Assembly (NCBI GenBank): GCA_963775425.1
Contig: CAVZJB010000011.1
Span: 960,001 to 1,024,000, forward strand
Length of the DNA: 64,000 nt
Source of the DNA: an uncultured delta proteobacterium
GTDB lineage: Bacteria > Myxococcota > UBA727 > VGSZ01
Reading direction: 5' to 3'
A program made the position numbers and the translations under genes. The notes beneath the pieces are model-generated. The model was not told the origin of the DNA. It was given only the letters and a program-made list of their open reading frames with translations, and did no database searches. Below are positions 55,994 through 64,000 of the stretch, one piece after another (within the stretch, counting starts at the first letter, position 1; the number at the start of each line of letters is the position of its first letter).

Positions 55994-57855
55994 CCCCGGT
56001 CGAACCATCGCGCGAGCTCCTCGTAGCGCACGGTGCGCACCACGGGCCGGCCGTGGGGGCAGTGGGCGCCGAGGTCGATGGCGTCGAGGTCGCGCAACAA
56101 GGCCCGCACGGAGTCGGCGGACACGGCGTCGCCGGCGCGCACGGCGGCGTGGCACGCCAGGCGGGCGCAGACGCGGTCGACGCGGTCGTCGAGGGCGGCG
56201 GAGCCGCCGGTGCTCGCGAGCTCCGCCAGGGCGTCGCGCGCGATGACCTCCGCCTTCTTGCCGTCGAGGCCGGGCGGCACGGCTTTGACGACGGCGGTGC
56301 GCGGGCCGAACGGCTCGACGACGAGGCCGTGCCGCTCGAGCAGCGCGCGGCCCTCGGCGTCGTCGAGGGCGCTCATCTCGAGCGCGGACAGGTCGATGGT
56401 GAGCGGGATGAGCAGCGGCTGCGACGGCGCGTTGCCCTCGAGCTTTCGCGCTCGCAAGCGCTCGAACACCACGCGCTCGTGGGCCGCGTGCTGGTCGATG
56501 ACGACCATCCCCTCGGGCGCCTCGAGCACGAGGTACGTGGCCCCCACCTGGCCGACGACGCGCAGCGCCGCGAACGAAGCGGACCCGCCGCTGCCCGCCA
56601 CCGGCAACAGAGAGAGCGGCCGCGTCAGCCGCCCGTCGACGGCCCCGCCGGTGTCGCCCGCTCCCTGGGAGCCGGTGTGCAGCGGGGACGAGGGCCCGCG
56701 CGCCGCGCCGAAGCGCGCGAGCGCGTCGCGGACGCGGGCGCGGTGGGCGTCGACGAGCCCGCCCCCCGTGGGCTCGACGCCGCCGGCGGCGTCGCCGGAG
56801 AGCACCATGATGCGCGGCCGGATCGCCGCCGGCGCCGCCTTCAGCCACGGCGTGCTCGCGAGGAAGTCGGACAGGAGCGCGATCACGTGGCCGTTCACCC
56901 GGCGCGGGTCGACGAAGCGCACCTCGGCCTTGCGCGGGTGCACGTTGACGTCGACGAGGGACGGGTCGATGCGGATGTCGAGCGCCACGATGGGCTGGCG
57001 CCCGACCTCGAGGAGCGTGCGAAACGCGGCCCGCACCGCGCCCACGAGGCCGCGGTCGGCGACCGGGCGCCCGTTGACGCTCAGGCGAACGCCGGCGAGG
57101 TCGCGGCGCGTCTCCAGCGGCGCCACCACGTAGCCCGTCAGGCCGAGGAGCTCCGTCGACGCTTCGAAAGGAAAGAGGTGCGGGCGCACGTGCTTGCCGA
57201 GGCAGCGCACGGCGCGCTCGATGCGCAGCGGGTCCGACGCCGCCGCCGGCGCCCCCGGCAGGTCGAGGGCGACCTTGCCGTCGACGGTCACGCGAAACGA
57301 CACCTGCGGCAGGCACAGCGCCGCCGCCGCGACGGCGTCTTCGATGTGACCGGCCTCGGTGCGCGCCGCCTTCAGGAACTTCCGGCGCGCGGGCGTGTTG
57401 AAGAACAGGTCCTCGACGTCGATGCGCGTCCCCGCCGGCGCCCCCGCCTCGCCCACGTGCGTGACGCGCCCGCCCTCTACGGCGACCTCGTGGGCGGCGT
57501 CCGCGCCCGGCGGCCGGGTGAGCAGGCGCACCCGGGCGACGGAGGCGATGGCGGCGAGGGCCTCGCCGCGGAAGCCGAAGCTGCCGATGTGCAGGAGATC
57601 GTCGGCGACGTCGAGCTTGCTCGTTGCGTGCCGCGAGAAGCACAGCACGGCGTCGGCGGCGTCCATGCCGTCGCCGTCGTCGATCACGGTGATGCGCTCC
57701 ACGCCGCCGCCGGCGACCTCGACGTCCACCCGCGCGGCGCCCGCGTCGAGCGCGTTTTCGACGAGCTCCTTGACCACCGACGCCGGCCGCTCCACCACCT
57801 CGCCGGCCGCGATCTGGTCGGCGACGCGCGCCTCGAGGACGTGGATGCTTCCCAC
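55990..57855 (-). CDS. mutL: DNA mismatch repair protein MutL
   Basis: IAAGEVVERP, GFRGEAL, DVNVHP, DQHAAHERV, ACHAA and CPHGRP motifs. Confidence 0.98.
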   Translation of the reverse strand: MGSIHVLEARVADQIAAGEVVERPASVVKELVENALDAGAARVDVEVAGGGVERITVIDDGDGMDAADAVLCFSRHATSKLDVADDLLHIGSFGFRGEALAAIASVARVRLLTRPPGADAAHEVAVEGGRVTHVGEAGAPAGTRIDVEDLFFNTPARRKFLKAARTEAGHIEDAVAAAALCLPQVSFRVTVDGKVALDLPGAPAAASDPLRIERAVRCLGKHVRPHLFPFEASTELLGLTGYVVAPLETRRDLAGVRLSVNGRPVADRGLVGAVRAAFRTLLEVGRQPIVALDIRIDPSLVDVNVHPRKAEVRFVDPRRVNGHVIALLSDFLASTPWLKAAPAAIRPRIMVLSGDAAGGVEPTGGGLVDAHRARVRDALARFGAARGPSSPLHTGSQGAGDTGGAVDGRLTRPLSLLPVAGSGGSASFAALRVVGQVGATYLVLEAPEGMVVIDQHAAHERVVFERLRARKLEGNAPSQPLLIPLTIDLSALEMSALDDAEGRALLERHGLVVEPFGPRTAVVKAVPPGLDGKKAEVIARDALAELASTGGSAALDDRVDRVCARLACHAAVRAGDAVSADSVRALLRDLDAIDLGAHCPHGRPVVRTVRYEELARWFDRG

Positions 57856-57902
57856 GCGCGCACTCTACCGCGCGCCCGCGTCAGGGACGCGCGCCGGAGC
57901 GG

Positions 57903-58838
57903 TCAGCGCGAGAGCAGGGCCGCGATGACGACGGCGGCGACGGCGGCGGCGATGGAGGCGCCGAGCACGAGACCCTGCACGAAGGCCCGGCGCGTGGCGG
58001 ACCTCACCGTGGCGACGAGCGCCGGCGGGATGGCGTCCTCGATGGTCTTTTCGTCGAGCACCGACACCATCGGCCCTTGCCCGGCCGGCTCCGGCGTCGC
58101 CGCCGCAGGCTGCTGCGGCCGCGGCGCGCGCTGGATGCGCATGGTCTCTTCTTCGTCCGGGGCCCTCGCCGGCCACGGCGGGGCGGGGCGCGGCGCACGG
58201 GCAGGCGCGGGCGCCGGCGGCGCGGGAGCCGGCGCCGGGCTCGCCGCCGGCGTCGCGGGGCGCCCCGGGGCCGCCGTCATGCGCAGCGACGCCTCGAGGT
58301 CGATGTCGATGGCGGCGAGCTCCTCCTTCGCCGGCGCGCGCACGTGCCGGCGCGACGCCTCGAGATCGATCTCGATGGCCTCGGCGGCGTCGGCCGCGCC
58401 GCCGCCCTGGGCGCCGGAGCCGAGGGAGTACAGCCGCTGCAGCAGCTCGCGCACCCGCGCCTCGGGCGCCAGGTGCGCCTGGAAGTTCACGAGGAGCTTG
58501 TCGAGGAGGGCGTTCGTGTCGGGATCGGTGATCAGCACGTGCAGCACGCCGTGGGGGTCGCGGCGGACGGGGCAGGCCAGGGCGTCTCTGAGCTGGTGCG
58601 CCGTGGAGTGCAGCAGGTGCACCGCCACCGGACGCTCGAGCACGTCGGGGCCGGCCACCGGGATACCGGAGATGCGCGCGAGCTCGTCGAAGAGCCGTCG
58701 GGCGTCGGCGCCGGCGGCGACGAGCCGGCCGGTGTACGACGTGGGACCGCCCGGGGGCGAGCTGGTCGCGCGCTGGGCGATCTCCCGCGTGAGGACACCA
58801 CGCGCGATGAGGGTTTCGATGACGTCGGACGAAGGCAC
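57903..58838 (-). CDS. MshEN/GSPII_N-like domain protein with C-terminal TM
   Basis: ACPVRRD..GVLHVLITDP...AHLAPEARVRELLQRLY, a Pro-rich linker and a TM helix. Confidence 0.65.
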   Translation of the reverse strand: MPSSDVIETLIARGVLTREIAQRATSSPPGGPTSYTGRLVAAGADARRLFDELARISGIPVAGPDVLERPVAVHLLHSTAHQLRDALACPVRRDPHGVLHVLITDPDTNALLDKLLVNFQAHLAPEARVRELLQRLYSLGSGAQGGGAADAAEAIEIDLEASRRHVRAPAKEELAAIDIDLEASLRMTAAPGRPATPAASPAPAPAPPAPAPARAPRPAPPWPARAPDEEETMRIQRAPRPQQPAAATPEPAGQGPMVSVLDEKTIEDAIPPALVATVRSATRRAFVQGLVLGASIAAAVAAVVIAALLSR

Positions 58839-58901
58839 GGAAGCGATGCTACAGCGGGTCGGGCCCGGGTTGGAGGGCCGCGGGGCGCGCGAGCACGGCC
58901 C

Positions 58902-60281
58902 TCATCCGATGATCCCGCGCTCGCGACACACTTCTTTCGAGAGCTCGTGGACGTTCAGCCGCATGCCCACCTTGTGCATCAAGGCGCGCAGCCCGGCGAG
59001 CACCCGCACATAGAAGATGATCTCGCGGGGCGGCGCCCAGCTCTTGATGCTGGGGTTGTCGAGGACGAACCGCAGCGCCTGCTCCTGCACCTTCCACGTG
59101 CCGAAGTCGGTGATCCGGTTGCTCGTGAGGGGCTCGAACAGCAGCGAGAGCCACTCGTAGACCACCTCGGGGTCCACGCCCTTGTCCATGAAGCCGAGCT
59201 TGCGCCAGGTGGCCTGGAGCGCGTCGATGTCATGTTTCCACAAGCCTGCAAGCAAGCGGAGTTGGTCGTCCATCACCTCGAGCGGGTAGTCGCGCACGCA
59301 GCCGAGGTCGAGGAGCCCGATGGGCGGGACGCCGTCCACCGCTTCGGTGCTTGTCAAAACGAGGAAGTTGCCCGGGTGCGGGTCCGCGTGGAGCGCACCG
59401 TGGCGGTGGATCATCTCGAGGTACGCCCGCAGCAGGCGCCGGCCCTGGATGGTCTTCTGCTCGGGGGTGGCGTCGCGCAGCCAGTCCTCGAGCCGCTCCC
59501 CCTCGAAGAGCTCCATCACGAGCACCTGCTTGCGGGACAGCTCGTGTACCGGGATGGGCACGCGCACGCCCTCGACGTCCTTGAGCACCACCTGGAAGCG
59601 CTCGAGGTTCCCCGCCTCGTTCAGGTAGTCGCTCTCCCGCTGGATGACGCTGGTGATCTCCTCGAGGTACGCGTCCACGCGCTCCTTGGGGAGCTGCGCG
59701 CGTGCGAGCACGAGCAGCGACCCGAGGTTCTTCATGTCGCTCTCGATGGTCCCCGCGATGCCCGGGTATTGCACCTTGACGGCGACGTCGACGCCGTCGC
59801 GGGTGCGCGCGCGGTGCACCTGGCCGATGCTGGCGGCGCCGATGGGTGTCTCGGAGAAGCTCTCGAACACCTCGTCGAGGGGCTGCTCGAGGGCCTTCTC
59901 CACCTCGGCCTTCACGGTGGCGAAGTCCATCGGCGGCGCCGAGTGCTGAAGCTGCGAGAGCTGCTCGACCACCTCGGGGGGCAACAGCTCCGGGTCGGTG
60001 GCGAGCATCTGCCCGACCTTCATGGCGGCGCCCTTGAGCTCGCCGAGGGTGCGGGTCACCTGCTCGGCGCTGCGCTGCAGCGCCTTCTTCTCCGCGGTGG
60101 CGGCCGAGGTCTCGTTCGAAAACGCCGACGTCACCTTCTGCGTCAGGTGGCGCGCGGCCACCGACGCGGACAGCCCCGTGAGCTTGGCGAAGCGCGAAAA
60201 GCGCGACGACGTCGGCGCCTGGGGCGCGGGCCCCGGCGGCTCAGGCGCGGTGGGCTTCTTCGGCGGCGGCTCGGCGGGCAT
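58902..60281 (-). CDS. ABC1/AarF/UbiB family atypical kinase
   Basis: KGAAMKVGQ, AASIGQVHRA, VAVKVQYPG, HADPHPGN and LDLG motifs. Confidence 0.92.
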   Translation of the reverse strand: MPAEPPPKKPTAPEPPGPAPQAPTSSRFSRFAKLTGLSASVAARHLTQKVTSAFSNETSAATAEKKALQRSAEQVTRTLGELKGAAMKVGQMLATDPELLPPEVVEQLSQLQHSAPPMDFATVKAEVEKALEQPLDEVFESFSETPIGAASIGQVHRARTRDGVDVAVKVQYPGIAGTIESDMKNLGSLLVLARAQLPKERVDAYLEEITSVIQRESDYLNEAGNLERFQVVLKDVEGVRVPIPVHELSRKQVLVMELFEGERLEDWLRDATPEQKTIQGRRLLRAYLEMIHRHGALHADPHPGNFLVLTSTEAVDGVPPIGLLDLGCVRDYPLEVMDDQLRLLAGLWKHDIDALQATWRKLGFMDKGVDPEVVYEWLSLLFEPLTSNRITDFGTWKVQEQALRFVLDNPSIKSWAPPREIIFYVRVLAGLRALMHKVGMRLNVHELSKEVCRERGIIG

Positions 60282-60295
60282 GCGGGGGGAACATA

Positions 60296-61207
60296 TCAGC
60301 GGCGCACCCGCGGCGCCGCGGCCACGAGCGCGCGGGTATAGGAGTGCTCGGGCGCCTCGAAGAGCTGCTCGGTGGGGCGGAGCTCCACCAGGGCGCCGTG
60401 CTGGAGCACGCCGACGCGGTCGGCGAGCGAGCGGGCGGCCGCGAGGTCCTTGCAGAGCACGAGGAGCGCCGCCCTGCGCTCGTTGCGCAACACCGCGAGC
60501 GTCTCGAGGATGGCCGCGCGCTCCGACGGGTCCAGGCCTCCCGCGGGCTCGTCGACGACGAGCACGGACGGCTCCGCCAGCAGCGCCCGCGCCAACGCCA
60601 CCCGCTTCTTCTGCCCCGCCGACAGCGTGCTCGCGCGCCGGCCGAGGACGGCGGGGTCGAGGTGGACGCGGGCGAGGGCGGCGGCGAAGCGCTCGCGGCG
60701 CGGGCCCCGGCCGGCGAGCCGCAAGGCGTCGTCGGCGAGGGTGAGGGTCTCGGCGACGGGGAGGCGGGGGTCGATGCCGGCCTCGGGGTCGTCGAAGAGC
60801 ACCTGGAGGTTCCTGCGCACCGCGAGGCCGCGCGAGAGGTGCGCCTTGTGGGCGTTGATGCCGTCGACCTCGATGGCGCCGCTGCTCGGTTTGAGCAGGC
60901 GCGCGCACGCGTACGCCACCGTCGACTTGCCGGCGCCGTCCTCGCCGACGAGCGCGAGCGCGCTGCCGGTGTCGACGTCGAAGGTGAGGTGATCGAGGAC
61001 GTGCACGGCGGCCTCGTCGCGCGCGCCGAGGGCGAAGAACAGGAAGCGCGCGAGGTCAGGCAGGTCGCGTGTCGCCTGCGGCGTGGCCGGCGCGCTCCCC
61101 GCGACGCTGTGCTTGACGACGAGGTCGCGGAAGCGCAGCGCGGGCGGGGCGACCCCGGCCGCCGGCGCGGCGCTCGCGGCGTCGTCGTCGCTCGGGCCCA
61201 CGCTCAA
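60296..61207 (-). CDS. Oligopeptide ABC transporter ATP-binding subunit (OppF-like, degenerate)
   Basis: GEDGAGKST, LSAGQ, VVDEP and PEHSYTRAL motifs. TTG start inferred from overlap with the upstream stop. Confidence 0.8.
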   Translation of the reverse strand: MSVGPSDDDAASAAPAAGVAPPALRFRDLVVKHSVAGSAPATPQATRDLPDLARFLFFALGARDEAAVHVLDHLTFDVDTGSALALVGEDGAGKSTVAYACARLLKPSSGAIEVDGINAHKAHLSRGLAVRRNLQVLFDDPEAGIDPRLPVAETLTLADDALRLAGRGPRRERFAAALARVHLDPAVLGRRASTLSAGQKKRVALARALLAEPSVLVVDEPAGGLDPSERAAILETLAVLRNERRAALLVLCKDLAAARSLADRVGVLQHGALVELRPTEQLFEAPEHSYTRALVAAAPRVRR

Positions 61208-61626
61208 TGGATGGGCTCGGCGGCCGGCCCCTTCGTCTCGGGCGCGGCCTCGCCAGTGTCGGGCACGCACACGCCCGACCGGCACGCGGCCTCGCGAGCG
61301 GAGCACGAGGGATCGTCGCTCATCTGCTGCGCGCACTGGACGGCCGCGCAGACGGGCGTGCGGCGCGCGGTGAGCGCGGCGACGTGGTCTTTGCGCACGC
61401 CGGTCTGCGCGCCGAGGGCGTTGCAGCCACAGCAGTCAACGGTGGTGAGGGTGCAGTCGGCGTCGCTGGTGCAGCGGCGATCGTCGTCGAGGACGTGCGG
61501 ATCGGGTGCGGCCTTGGCGGCGGCCACGGCGGTGTCGGTGGCGCTCGGGCCGGGCGCGGGCGGCGGCGTTTGTTTCTGGCACGCGGCGAAGCAGACGAGG
61601 GCGGCGGCGATGACGACGATGCGCAT
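61204..61626 (-). CDS. Small Cys-rich lipoprotein
   Basis: Lipobox FAAC and CTSDADC...DCCGC...C...C...C...CRSGVC. Confidence 0.8.
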   Translation of the reverse strand: MRIVVIAAALVCFAACQKQTPPPAPGPSATDTAVAAAKAAPDPHVLDDDRRCTSDADCTLTTVDCCGCNALGAQTGVRKDHVAALTARRTPVCAAVQCAQQMSDDPSCSAREAACRSGVCVPDTGEAAPETKGPAAEPIH

Positions 61627-61696
61627 GCGCCGGAACGTAGCACGGCTCCCGAGCCGCGACGCACAACCTCCGGCGACGCCGCGGGGGCCGCTCAGC

Positions 61697-62578
61697 TCAC
61701 CCGCGGCGCTGGGCGTCGCGCAGCGTCGCCCCGACGACGTGCAGCGCGACGGTGGCGGCGACGAGCATGCCGGCGGGCAACAGGAAGGTGAGCGGCGCGA
61801 CCGACATGGCGTCGGCGCCGGCGGCGATGAGCGTGCCGAGCGACACCGAGGGCGCCTCGACGCCGAAGCCGAGGAACGAGAAGAAGCCCTCGGCGGCGAG
61901 CGCGCTCGGCAGCGCGAGCACCGCGTACGCGAGCAGCGAGCCGGTGGTGTGCGGGACCACGTGTCGCACGAGCACGCGTCGCCGGGGGACGCCGAGCACG
62001 CGCGCGGCCTCGACGAACGGACGGTGTCGGAGCGCGGCGAGGCGGGCGTGGACGACGCGCGCGAGGGTGAGCCACTCGATGCTGGCGATGCAGACGACGA
62101 GGATGATCCGGGCGTCGAGCAGGCGATCGAGCGCGACGGGGAGCGAAGGGCGCGCCGAGCGCACGATGACGACGAGGGTGACGACGAAGAGCGTGTAGGG
62201 CGCGACCTTGAGCGAGTCGACGACGCGCATCATGGCGTTGTCGATCCTGCGCGGCATCACCGCGGCGAGCGCGCCCCAGATGACGCCGAGCAGGAGGGCG
62301 ACGGCGGTGGCGGAGACGCAGACCGCGGCGCTGGTGGCGAGGCCGCGGAGCGTCGCGACGGCGAGGTCGGCGCCGTCGGCGGCGGTGCCGAGGAGGTGTC
62401 CCGACGACGGCGGCGCGGCGCAACACGATCCCGCGTGCGGGGGAAAGAACAGCCCGCACGCGGCGAGGACGACGAGCAGCGCGAGCACCGCGAAGCTGAG
62501 GACGACGGGACGGGAGAAGCGCTGTGGCTTGGCCTCGCTCCAGCTCGGCCGGTGCCTGGGGTCGGCGACGGCGTTCAT
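61697..62578 (-). CDS. oppC: Oligopeptide ABC permease (OppC-like)
   Basis: HLLGT, FVEAARVLG...RHVVP, EGFFSFLGFGV and SLGTLI motifs. ATGA overlap with oppB. Confidence 0.85.
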   Translation of the reverse strand: MNAVADPRHRPSWSEAKPQRFSRPVVLSFAVLALLVVLAACGLFFPPHAGSCCAAPPSSGHLLGTAADGADLAVATLRGLATSAAVCVSATAVALLLGVIWGALAAVMPRRIDNAMMRVVDSLKVAPYTLFVVTLVVIVRSARPSLPVALDRLLDARIILVVCIASIEWLTLARVVHARLAALRHRPFVEAARVLGVPRRRVLVRHVVPHTTGSLLAYAVLALPSALAAEGFFSFLGFGVEAPSVSLGTLIAAGADAMSVAPLTFLLPAGMLVAATVALHVVGATLRDAQRRG

Positions 62579-63501
62579 CGGGCGCCTCGCACGCGCGGGT
62601 CGAGGGTGCCGTACAGGAGGTCGGCGGCGAGGTTGGCGACGAGGATGAGCAGCGCGTAGCCGAGGGCGCCGCCGAGCAGGACGTTGTAGTCGCGGGCGAC
62701 GGCGGCGTCGATGACGACGGGGCCGAGGCCGGGGAGGTCGAAGACGCGCTCGACGGCGATGCCGCCCATGATGACGGCGCTCGACATCGGGCCGAGGCCG
62801 GCGACGACGGGGAGGAGCGCGAGGCGCAGCGCCCTTGCGCGGGCCCAGCGCGGGGAGACGCCGCGGGCGACGTCGGCGCGGACGCGCGCGGTGGCCTCGG
62901 GGGCGCGCAGCGCGTTCATGGTGACGCGGGCGATCTGGGCCGCGAACGCGAGCGCGAGGGCGGCGGCGGGGACGATCCACGTGGTCTTCGACAGGAGGCG
63001 CGCGGGCGTGAAGAGGCCGAGGGTGAGGGCGCCTACGAGGACGAAGAAGGGCGCGATGACGAAGCCGGGCATGGCTTCGACCACGGCGACGCCGGCGCGG
63101 ACGGCGCGCTGGCGGATGCCGGGCGCGGCGGTGGACAGGACGAGGCCCGCGCCGACGCCGACGGCGAGGGCGACGGCGAGGGCGAGGGCGGTGAGCGCGA
63201 TGGTGGAGGGCAGGGCGTTGGTGACGATGTCGAGGACGGGGGTGTTGTCGCGGAGCGATCGGCCGGTGCAACCGTCGACGTCGAAGCGCATCCACGTGGT
63301 GGTGGCGGCGATCATCTGCACGTATGCGGGCTCGCGCACGTCGCACGATGACGACAGCGCGCTCTCGACGACGGCGGGGAGCTTGCGCCACGGGTCGAAC
63401 GGCCCGTTCGGCGCCGCGCGCACGAGGAGCAACGCCGGTGCGAACGTCGCCACCAGCACGAACGGGATCGCCAGGATCCGCCGCAGCCCATAGACGATCA
63501 C
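62575..63501 (-). CDS. oppB: Oligopeptide ABC permease (OppB-like)
   Basis: YGLRRIL, APNGPF, AVERVFDLPGLG, RDYNV and NLAADLLYGTLDPRVR motifs. Confidence 0.87.
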   Translation of the reverse strand: MIVYGLRRILAIPFVLVATFAPALLLVRAAPNGPFDPWRKLPAVVESALSSSCDVREPAYVQMIAATTTWMRFDVDGCTGRSLRDNTPVLDIVTNALPSTIALTALALAVALAVGVGAGLVLSTAAPGIRQRAVRAGVAVVEAMPGFVIAPFFVLVGALTLGLFTPARLLSKTTWIVPAAALALAFAAQIARVTMNALRAPEATARVRADVARGVSPRWARARALRLALLPVVAGLGPMSSAVIMGGIAVERVFDLPGLGPVVIDAAVARDYNVLLGGALGYALLILVANLAADLLYGTLDPRVRGAR

Positions 63502-63650
63502 GCCGCCCCCTCGACGCCGCTTTCGTGGGGCGCGCCGTCGCCCGCCTCGTCGTGGGGCGTGCCCTGGCGGCGCGCGCGGAGCGGCCCGCCCGCGTCGACG
63601 GACGCGCGGCCCTCGGGGAGGCCGTGCCCGCACATCCACGGGGCGGTCAT
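63498..63650 (-). CDS. Possible 50-aa ORF coupled at both ends
   Basis: ATG overlaps the oppA-like stop and its TGA overlaps the oppB GTG. Sequence MTAPWMCGHGLPEGRASVDAGG... Confidence 0.3.
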   Translation of the reverse strand: MTAPWMCGHGLPEGRASVDAGGPLRARRQGTPHDEAGDGAPHESGVEGAA

Positions 63651-64000
63651 CGGGCCCCCCCGGGCGAGCCGTCGACGTCGACGTCGACGGTGACGTCGCG
63701 CAGCTCCAGCGCGGTCGGCACCAGGCCCTTCACCTCGGGGGCCACCAGCGCGCCGCCCTTCGGGCCCGGCACGAAGTCCGACGCCCGCGAAAGCGTCGGC
63801 GCCAGCCCCGGCGGCAGCGCGCCGTCGAGGAGCGCGTCCACGGCGCCCGCCCGATACAGGTGCAGCGCCGTGGTCGGCCGCTTCACCCGGATCAGCTCCA
63901 CCCGCTCGACACCCGCGCGCTTTCGCTCGAACGACGTCGACGAGCGCGCGAGCTCGATGCGCTCGGGCTCGTGCAGCACCAGGCGGAAAGGTCCGCTCGT
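63647..64000 (-). CDS. OppA-like peptide-binding protein C-terminus (partial, shortened)
   Basis: SGPFRL...IELAR...VERVEL...TALHLYRAGAVD, followed almost at once by terminal LVAPEVKGL...LRDVTV. Confidence 0.7.
   Translation of the reverse strand, partial: TSGPFRLVLHEPERIELARSSTSFERKRAGVERVELIRVKRPTTALHLYRAGAVDALLDGALPPGLAPTLSRASDFVPGPKGGALVAPEVKGLVPTALELRDVTVDVDVDGSPGGAR

Overview
High-GC (visibly >70%) bacterial chromosomal DNA, most likely Myxococcota or a related deltaproteobacterial lineage, judged from MYXO-CTERM-like tails, Cys-rich myxobacterial repeats and Ser/Thr kinases. Housekeeping genes include pgk, hisS, tpiA-secG-tRNA-Leu(GAG), mscL, mutL-miaA, an in-frame hisC-cmk fusion and a degenerate Opp-type ABC cluster. 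They are interspersed with many secreted proteins and lipoproteins. The best candidate for an undescribed system lies at 44146-50130. One translationally coupled operon there encodes a B12-binding radical SAM enzyme, two paralogous small exported proteins with a shared leader and Cys/Asp/Pro motif, and a gluzincin peptidase. Divergent from it is an operon encoding a caspase-like His-Cys domain fused to a SAM methyltransferase, followed by an atypical Glu/Asp racemase. A second theme is that many genes keep both ends but have lost their middles, or are fragments joined head-to-head, which reflects either deletional erosion or assembly artefacts. All calls come from manual motif recognition, with no database searches.
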